A DNA stretch of 64,000 nt from Octopus vulgaris (taxonomy: Eukaryota). Position 1 is the first letter of the stretch. Each line of letters starts with the position of its first letter. Shown here one piece after another: positions 1-7,893 of the stretch. Where the stretch lies: assembly GCA_951406725.2 (NCBI GenBank), contig OX597814.1, forward strand, positions 27,838,001 through 27,902,000. Reading direction: 5' to 3'. The notes under the pieces were generated by a model that was not told where the DNA came from, ran no database searches, and saw nothing but the letters and a program-made list of their open reading frames with translations. Both the position numbers and the translations under genes were made by a program.

Positions 1-352
1 CGACGTTTTTATGGGGAGCTACGATAGGACTGATGTTGCTAACCACGTCGGGTTATTTATTCTGAATACGCCAAATAAGCGTACACAACCTCATTGTTCG
101 GCTCTGTACAGGATTGTTGGTACGCAAATCCCAGGCCATATATTAACGGTCACGCCATGGATAAGTCTACGAAGAATTTTACAAACATTTAAAAAAAATT
201 CACCATAACTAGCGCAGGAGTGGCTGTGTGGTAAGTAGCTTGCTAACCAACCACATGGTTCCGGGTTCAGTTCCACTGCGTGGCATATTGGGCAAATGCC
301 TTGTGAGTGGATTTGGTAGACGGAAACTGAAAGAAGTCCGTCGTATATATGC

Positions 353-412
<60 letters not shown>

Positions 413-1420
413 TTGTGTGTCTCTGTTTGTCCCCCTAGCATTGCTTGACAACCGATGCTGGTGTGTTTACGTCCCCGTCACTTAGCGGTTCAGCAAAAGA
501 GACCGATAGAATAAGTACTGGGTTTACGAAGAATAAGTCCCGGGGTCGATTTGCTCGACTAAAGGCGGTGCTCCAGCATGGCCGCAGTCAAATGACTGAA
601 ACAAGTAAAAGAGTAAAAGAGAGAGAGTAACTATAACGTAGCAAAAGTCAACTTCTTGGACGAACTATCTTTACATAGAGTCCAATGAGGAAGCTCTTTA
701 TGTTTAAAGACAGTGCAACTGCCCCCAACTGCAATTAGAAATCTAGTGACGGGTATTAGCAAAAGAATTCCAGTCTATGACACTAGTAAGGAGTGGCTTC
801 ACTGTTAAGTTAGTGCCTATGGACTATTCTCCACTCCTACTCCACACCCAAAGCTGAAGAGAGAAAAACAATGGTAACCTGGTTTAACCCTCTATTCAGT
901 GTGGATGCTTCCACAATTAAATGTAGGAGCTTCCAGACGCTCATTTAAACGCTTCCCAACTACTCGTAGATATAAACTCTTTAATTGCCATAACGTAAAG
1001 ATTAGCTACACATGCGTAGGTAAAATTACTTCCAAAATTGCACTCTACCACAGACACAAACAACCCCAACAAATCTTCATCCTGCACTTCGGCCTGTAAC
1101 TGCTGAATTTCTACCAAACCACTAATGAGAAGGTCCTGCATAGCAACACATTATATGGGCGTGACAACCAACTTTAAAGAATGATACACGCTACACGTGC
1201 TCTCCTTCACATGCAGGGACAGGAAAACTCGACTTCTCTGTTCCATATTGAAATTCTGGAACCATCAAATGACATTCCCAACATCACACGGAGAATCCTT
1301 GACAGGCCCTCCTTATTCACCTGGAGCCTATGATTGGCAACTCTGCCTCGATGAGAAATTGCCCATACTTCACCAACTTGCACTATTCATCAATATAAAA
1401 AGGGCTTAACACATGTACGT
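1..1420 (+). pseudogene. Decayed Penelope-like RT/GIY-YIG remnant of a different clade from the array, interrupted by a SINE
   Basis: Fragmentary translations match PLE motifs: DVFMGSYD..VANHVGLFILN (1-70), KVNFLD (~643), WFNPLFS (~880), KLFN.HNVKISYTC (~972), CNC (~1095), LCLDEK (~1340). Many stops and frameshifts. Confidence 0.7.
212..627 (+). mobile_element. tRNA-derived SINE family A with internal (TA)/(TG) microsatellite
   Basis: A-box TGGCTGTGTGG, B-box GGTTCAGTTCC, (GTAAAAGA)-type tail, TSD TAACTA at 206-211 and 628-633; more than 10 related copies in the window. Confidence 0.9.
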
Positions 1421-1949
1421 CCTGCTAATGAACTTGAAAGCATTGGCTGCTGATAATCCAGATATGCCACCGTGGGTTTAGCTGGTCTATACACAGTGAC
1501 AGGGTATAAAATTACAACGATTATAGCCTACGACTATCCTCACAAGCCCTCATTTGAGTCACTCAGAATCACATGTAACAGTATCAATCTGTTTGTTCCC
1601 CTCATGCTGTTGTGGCGGAAATTCACTCTACAGAATGACGACTAACTGACGTCAATATTTTATCTTCCCTACTACATGTAGTAGCCATGTAAAGAGCTCA
1701 TGTCACTGCAGCATCATATTCTGCACGATGTCGACGCCAACAGCCACTCTGCTTCAACACATGGACCTACCACTAAAAGAATTGCCGTCACTTTGATAGC
1801 GAAACACTAAACTAGCTAGTGGAGGTCCATTTATCTAGGAGCCATTTTAGGTTTCTTTTTTAAATTTTTTCCCTCTCTGATTTCGAACAGCTGATGGTAG
1901 AGGTATCTTACTCACGAAGCTGTAAGCAACGTGGTTTTAATTTAAACTG

Positions 1950-2050
<101 letters not shown>

Positions 2051-3083
2051 TACACAGACGTCTGTGTGTTTGAGTGTTTTTATTAAACTTTCACAAGGAA
2101 AAGGTTGACAGTGACTTCAAAATTTCGGCGGGCTCGCATTCACCTGACTGAACTAACCTTGGTTCATTTTCGATTTATAAAATCTTTAACAAGTTGTTTC
2201 TTTTTTTCTCCTTAATTTTCAGTAGATGGAGCAACGTGAAATGATAATTAAGTGCGAAGTGTATAGAGCAGGGAAGGAGATGTGTACGAAGTGAGATAAA
2301 GAAAGATAGGATAGAAGTAAGTGTTTTTAGGATACACTTTATAGAATAAGTTATTGGGAGATTTTATTTGGTTTGATATAGGAATTATGTTGTTGCTTAG
2401 GTTTCAGTCAAGCGTGAAAGTAACTGTGAAAACAAGTGTGTTAAATGCAAGTGTGTCAAATTCAGCTCAAGATATTCTTCGTATAGGATTCACAAATAAA
2501 TGTTTGTAGATGAGTTGGTTGTCTAGTATATGTCAGACTGTGATTGAATTGGTGTTGCTATTATTAGATTCTTATTAAGAAATTTTAAACCGTTTGTTTC
2601 ATGAAACTTAGGATTAAATGACTTTGTTAATATAAATGTTGGTATTTTCTAGTATGTTCCTTGTATGGTTATTTGTATATTATATTACGGCATAGAAGTA
2701 ATTGCATGGCATTACTTATGTATCCTGACGAATGTATAAGGATGATGGATTTTTCTATGGGTATATCTGTTTATAAGGAGATTACATGTATGAACCATGT
2801 ATAAATAAACAGCATATAAATATAGCAATAAATAAGAGCATCAATTTATATATATATATGTATGTATATATGCATATATGTATGTATATATGCATATATA
2901 TATAGATATATATATATATGGGTGTGTGTGATCGTGTATAGAAGAATATATTAATAAAAAGAATTCCAACCTTGTCTGATTTTCACGTTTTATTTACAAT
3001 CTTATAATGATATATTATAAGATAATATATTATAATTGAATAAAATAAAATGAAATAGTAGAATGTTAAATATTCATTCTGAT

Positions 3084-3128
3084 TGAACTAGTACTTTCAT
3101 GCATTGAATTCTGCAATCTTCGGGTTCA
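3084..3128 (-). ncRNA. Minimal type I hammerhead ribozyme-like motif (copy 1)
   Basis: Minus strand reads TGAAC-CCGAAGA-T-TGCA-GAATTCAA-TGCA-T-GAAA-GTAC-TA-GTTCA: stem I TGAAC/GTTCA, variant core, palindromic AGTACT stem III, predicted CUA cleavage at 3089/3088. Confidence 0.7.
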
Positions 3129-3159
3129 TGTAGTAGTGTTGACAGTCATGCTTCACAAT

Positions 3160-3310
3160 TTTTGACTGTAGCAAGATGAGTGATTCTGTGCTATAAATAC
3201 AGCTGGGTAGGCTCCAGAGTGCTAGGTTTTGCAAACTGTATTCTGACCAATCAGTGTGTAGTATCACTCAATTACTTAAGCTGATTGGTTGGTTGAGCTG
3301 ATTGGTTTAG
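3160..3310 (-). promoter_or_regulatory. Putative internal Pol II promoter of the PLE pseudo-LTR (also 7431-7581 and 11702-11852)
   Basis: Minus-strand CCAAT boxes at 3305-3301 and 3288-3284, reversed CCAAT at 3247-3251, TATTTATA at 3199-3192, Inr-like ACAGTC near 3169-3164, upstream of the hammerhead and ORF1. Confidence 0.55.
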
Positions 3311-3622
3311 GCATCACGCTTTGTTGGACAGGTCAAGAGTCCTGTATCTTGACCCTGGCCGAAGCAGCAATTGTTGGGTTATTTTTAGAAATGTTGTAAA
3401 TATCCTTTGTCAGAGATTTTTATATTTTTATATTTCAATTGTCATCATCATCATTGTCAGCACCTTAATTATTGTTGCTAGTGGTGATGGTGGTGGCAAT
3501 AGAACTTTTAACCCTAAATAAGATAATTTTCCTGCTATCTTCGTCTTGATCACCTTTAGTATTGTTGTTGTTGTTAGTGGTCATGGTCGTAGCAGTGGAA
3601 GTAATACCTCTAAGTATTATTA

Positions 3623-5950
3623 TTATTGCTTATTTAGCTTGGGTTCGAATTTATCAATAAAATTCTTTTCTCTGATTTTCCTCTCGATTTCACTTGGGCT
3701 GTGTAATTTGTAGAATGGAAATATTATATATATTTTCCGACCACATGTTGCTAGGTGGTTACTCAAAGGTATCTGACGGACCTCTGGGTCTCTAATCTGT
3801 TGCCGGTGTACACGTGAGCGTTCTAATAGTGCGTTTCCCGTCTGACCTACATATATTTCTTCACAATTTGGGCATTTGATGCAGTAAATTAAATTTCTGC
3901 TTTTGCAGTTCATATTCGCGTTTGTGAATATTTTCCCGGTTTTTGTGTTTATATATTGACCGGTATGTATGAATTGGCATGTGCCACATCGGCTATCATT
4001 GCATTTAGATACCGTGAATGTTTGGTCTTTGTTGCTGAGGTCAAATTTTGCCTTTGTTAGTAATGTTTTCAAGTTTTTAGGCTGTCTTTTACTAAGCACC
4101 ATAGCTCGATCCTTGATTATGTCTTTTAATTCATTACTTTGGGCAATGATTGGTAGGTTTGCTTTGGCAATGTTGAAGATATTCTGGTGACATGGGTTGT
4201 GTGTCACTATGAATGGTATGACTTGTTCTTGTTTTCCTCTTCCTTGGGTTGTCCTAAGTTGTTGTATAGGTATTTTTATAGCCCGCTGTATGCCATTTTC
4301 TATAAGTAGAGATGGGTATTTTTGTTTGAGCAAAAATTCTCTTAGTTCTATTAGGCGTTTGTTCCTGATATTTGCATCTTCTACAATAGTACAAATTCTT
4401 CTGGCTAGGCAGTATGGGATGTTACGTTTTGTATGTGGTGGATGGCACGACTTAAAATTTAGGTATTGATGTGTGTCTGTGTGTTTATAGTATATATCTG
4501 TGGTGATGGTGGTGTCTTTTTTAATTACCATTATATCCAGGAATGGTAATTTGGTACTACTCATCTCCTTTGTAAATTTGAGAGATGGGTGTAGGTTGTT
4601 CAGGAGGATATTGAACTCTTCCAGAGTATTTAGAGATTCTGTCCAGATTATGAAACAGTCGTCTAGGTATCTCTTCCATGCCTTTTCAATATACTTTCTA
4701 AATCCAGTGCCATAGTTTACCTCCACCTCTTGGTAGAGTTGTTCTTCTAAGTATCCCATTACAGAGTTGGCGTAAACGGGAGCAAACCTCGTTCCCATCG
4801 CCGTGCCTCTAATTTGGATGTAATTCTTTCCATTGAAGAAGAATGTGTTATTTTCTAGAATAAGTTTGACTGTGTCTAATATAAATGGCACTGTGAATCT
4901 GCTGGGAATCACTTCTCTATGTTTTTCTAACCAGTGTTTAATCGCCTTTATTCCTAAATCGTGTGGAATATTGGTGTAGAGGCTTACCACATCAAAACTT
5001 AGTAAAACTGAATTTGTTTCTGTTGTTTTGGGAAGATGGGACAGGAAGTCGATGTCATCCCTGATGAAACTTGGTATGTAAGTACATAGTGGTTTCAAAA
5101 CAATGTCAATAAAATTGCTTAGACGGTGTGTAGGGCATGCTGGACCAGCTATAATAGGTCTAAGTTTTAGGTCTTTTGGATGTAATAATTTTATGTACTC
5201 ACTTTCTTGTTCTTTTACTGCCTGTTGAATGTTTTTTGATTTGTGTATTTTTGGTAAGCCGTAGAAGTTGCTGGGTTTTGGTTCAAAATTGGTGATGTAG
5301 TCTTTTTCATTATCCGTAAGTGAGTTGTGGTGTGTTGAAATCAGGTTGTTGATCTTTTTCATGATGTGGTGGTCTATATTTGCGGGTATTTCACAATAGA
5401 AGGTTGTATCCTTCAGTTGGTCTTCAACCAAATCCTTATAGTATTCGGTATCCATTATAACAATTGCACCACCTTTATCTGCTTGTTTAATTATTATTGT
5501 TTGATCGTTTTGTATACGTTTACATGCAGACATCTCTGATTTGCTAATGTTTGGCCTAACATTGGTATTGCGTCTAAGGGGAAATTTAGACAGGATATCA
5601 ATGTATTGGTCAAGGTAGTTATTTCTTCCTTTTGGTGGGGTGAAATTTGATTTATTCCTTACTAGGGATTCATCAATCTCATTACTTTTGTTAGCGAAGA
5701 ATTCTACAAGTCGTAATTTTCGACAGAATTTTTGGATATCCTCCTTTAATTCTTGGTGGTTGGCTGTTGGTGTAGGTGTGAATTTCAGTCCTTTTGACAG
5801 AAGTTGGATTTCATCATTGTCAAGATCTCTTTTTGATAAATTAATTATTTTAGGATCTATACGTTCAGTTGTTTGGGGTATGTTTCCTCTTGGATTTTTT
5901 CTTTCTCCGGTGTTTGTTGTCCTGACGTAAAAAAATGGATTTTTTTCTGG
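3623..5950 (-). CDS. PLE ORF2: reverse transcriptase + Cys linker + GIY-YIG endonuclease, copy 1 (frame opens at 5950, first ATG 5533)
   Basis: ADKGG, FYGLPKIHK, LRPII, SFDVVSLYTNIP, GTAMG, RYLDD, LPFLD; linker CNDSRCGTC; LIYCIKCPNC..IYVGQT. The upstream ATG-less part encodes the typical PLE N-terminus IINLSKRDL..EIQLLSKGLKFTPTP. Confidence 0.95.
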   Translation of the reverse strand, partial: PEKNPFFYVRTTNTGERKNPRGNIPQTTERIDPKIINLSKRDLDNDEIQLLSKGLKFTPTPTANHQELKEDIQKFCRKLRLVEFFANKSNEIDESLVRNKSNFTPPKGRNNYLDQYIDILSKFPLRRNTNVRPNISKSEMSACKRIQNDQTIIIKQADKGGAIVIMDTEYYKDLVEDQLKDTTFYCEIPANIDHHIMKKINNLISTHHNSLTDNEKDYITNFEPKPSNFYGLPKIHKSKNIQQAVKEQESEYIKLLHPKDLKLRPIIAGPACPTHRLSNFIDIVLKPLCTYIPSFIRDDIDFLSHLPKTTETNSVLLSFDVVSLYTNIPHDLGIKAIKHWLEKHREVIPSRFTVPFILDTVKLILENNTFFFNGKNYIQIRGTAMGTRFAPVYANSVMGYLEEQLYQEVEVNYGTGFRKYIEKAWKRYLDDCFIIWTESLNTLEEFNILLNNLHPSLKFTKEMSSTKLPFLDIMVIKKDTTITTDIYYKHTDTHQYLNFKSCHPPHTKRNIPYCLARRICTIVEDANIRNKRLIELREFLLKQKYPSLLIENGIQRAIKIPIQQLRTTQGRGKQEQVIPFIVTHNPCHQNIFNIAKANLPIIAQSNELKDIIKDRAMVLSKRQPKNLKTLLTKAKFDLSNKDQTFTVSKCNDSRCGTCQFIHTGQYINTKTGKIFTNANMNCKSRNLIYCIKCPNCEEIYVGQTGNALLERSRVHRQQIRDPEVRQIPLSNHLATCGRKIYIIFPFYKLHSPSEIERKIREKNFIDKFEPKLNKQ

Positions 5951-7149
5951 TTATGATTTATATTCCTGTTGATGTTTGCTTGATGAATTTTGCGTTTTGG
6001 TTGTGGTACTTTACTTGGTTTCGTTATGTTTTCTGTCTTGTTTTTGGTATTATGTATGCTACTTTTCAATTTCTTGTTAGCATTGTTTTTAACCACCTGG
6101 AGAAATGATCTGGGTTTACTTCTAGATCTAGATCGGTTTTTTGTCCAGTTTCTTGTGGGTAATCTCTGTTGAGGTCTTGAAAATGATCTCCTGTTATTTC
6201 TACTGCTAATGGTCTGTTCAAAACAATATCTATTTTGTTTGTGCTTTTTGTTCATGTTGTGTGCATTAGGGTGTTTGCATACAAAATGGGAAGAGTTCTT
6301 ACCGTAGTTCGTCTTCGATTCGTGGTGAAACGGGTGTTCATGTTGCCACGTGTTCTGGTGTATGTTGCGTTGGTGAGGTTGTCCACTTTTAATGCTATTT
6401 CTCGGAGTTCTGGTGTCTTTACCGTAATTTGTAGCATATTTGTCGAGAAATAATTGTTTCCGCTGCCAAAACTTTCTTGATCTGCTTTCTTCTTTTGAGA
6501 TATCTCTGATCCATAGTTCTCGCATTTTTTCTGCTATATTGCCGGTCGTTAGTTTGGATATTTCATCTCTGATTTGATCATCGATAGCTTCGTATTTGGC
6601 TTTGTAGCGGGATTGTTTAGACAGGGTAATGGAGATGTCGGTCCTGAATTTTATCAAACTAAGGTCCCATCGAAGTTTAGTTTCTTCCTCTGGTTCTCCT
6701 GCAATTTCTTTAATTAGGTACTTCCGAGGAAGTATGGGTGCCGCTAAAGATATCCATTTCGAATGTATTTCAGCATATTTTTCGCATTTATATGCCTTCC
6801 AGAAGTTTTGTTTTCTTATGTTAAGGAGTTTTTTCCATGTCTTCTGTATCTCTTCTCTTTTTCGGTGTGCCTCTTTTTCCAGATTTCTTTCGTTTATTTC
6901 TGACATCCAAGGAGGTTGTGGTAGGCTTTCTCTTGTAGATTTTATAATTGTTGGTATCATTTCAGCTAAATTCTTAATTTCAGAGTTTATGTGTTCATTT
7001 CCAAGTTTTCCGTCTGTAGACTGTTTTTCTATTTCCTTTAAAATAGAGGATTGTGTGTCAATCATCGTGATGAGTGTTGATAATTTCGATGAAATTTCCA
7101 TTAGAATTCTTTCGGATTCTGTTAATTTTGTTTGTTGCTTTCCAGACAT
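5857..7149 (-). CDS. PLE ORF1, 430 aa: helical/coiled-coil N-terminal half, basic low-complexity C-terminal half (copy 1)
   Basis: Intact ATG-initiated ORF (context GCCAACATG), identical protein in two units, overlaps the ORF2 frame by 94 nt. Confidence 0.85.
   Translation of the reverse strand: MSGKQQTKLTESERILMEISSKLSTLITMIDTQSSILKEIEKQSTDGKLGNEHINSEIKNLAEMIPTIIKSTRESLPQPPWMSEINERNLEKEAHRKREEIQKTWKKLLNIRKQNFWKAYKCEKYAEIHSKWISLAAPILPRKYLIKEIAGEPEEETKLRWDLSLIKFRTDISITLSKQSRYKAKYEAIDDQIRDEISKLTTGNIAEKMRELWIRDISKEESRSRKFWQRKQLFLDKYATNYGKDTRTPRNSIKSGQPHQRNIHQNTWQHEHPFHHESKTNYGKNSSHFVCKHPNAHNMNKKHKQNRYCFEQTISSRNNRRSFSRPQQRLPTRNWTKNRSRSRSKPRSFLQVVKNNANKKLKSSIHNTKNKTENITKPSKVPQPKRKIHQANINRNINHNQKKIHFFTSGQQTPEKEKIQEETYPKQLNV
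5929..5935 (-). other. Candidate -1 ribosomal frameshift heptamer U_UUU_UUU (copy 1)
   Basis: ORF1 reads CAT TTT TTT ACG; a -1 slip gives TAC GTC AGG..., open into the RT ORF. Confidence 0.6.
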
Positions 7150-7354
7150 GTTGGCATATACACAATAGGAATATAGATATATATATATATGGGTGTGTGT
7201 GATCGTGTATAGAAGAATATATTAATAAAAAGAATTCCAACCTTGTCTGATTTTCACGTTTTATTTACAATCTTATAATGATATATTATAAGATAATATA
7301 TTATAATTGAATAAAATAAAATGAAATAGTAGAATGTTAAATATTCATTCTGAT

Positions 7355-7399
7355 TGAACTAGTACTTTCATGCATTGAATTCTGCAATCTTCGGGTTCA
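7355..7399 (-). ncRNA. Hammerhead-like motif (copy 2)
   Basis: Same sequence as 3084-3128. Confidence 0.7.
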
Positions 7400-7893
7400 T
7401 GTAGTAGTGTTGACAGTCATGCTTCACAATTTTTGACTGTAGCAAGATGAGTGATTCTGTGCTATAAATACAGCTGGGTAGGCTCCAGAGTGCTAGGTTT
7501 TGCAAACTGTATTCTGACCAATCAGTGTGTAGTATCACTCAATTACTTAAGCTGATTGGTTGGTTGAGCTGATTGGTTTAGGCATCACGCTTTGTTGGAC
7601 AGGTCAAGAGTCCTGTATCTTGACCCTGGCCGAAGCAGCAATTGTTGGGTTATTTTTAGAAATGTTGTAAATATCCTTTGTCAGAGATTTTTATATTTTT
7701 ATATTTCAATTGTCATCATCATCATTGTCAGCACCTTAATTATTGTTGCTAGTGGTGATGGTGGTGGCAATAGAACTTTTAACCCTAAATAAGATAATTT
7801 TCCTGCTATCTTCGTCTTGATCACCTTTAGTATTGTTGTTGTTGTTAGTGGTCATGGTCGTAGCAGTGGAAGTAATACCTCTAAGTATTATTA

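Noticed and set aside
3623-5950. Selenoprotein-type (Naiad) PLE
   Set aside because: No in-frame TGA, and the nuclease is C-terminal rather than N-terminal.
3969-7168. Plus-strand ORFs of 60-179 aa antisense to the PLE ORFs, and their repeats in other units
   Set aside because: Shadow ORFs with no motifs; their recurrence just reflects the tandem array.
7150-7350. 5' UTR intron like Drosophila Penelope
   Set aside because: A possible donor (AAG/GTTGGA) exists but I see no AG acceptor between it and the ORF1 ATG; cannot be supported without RNA data.
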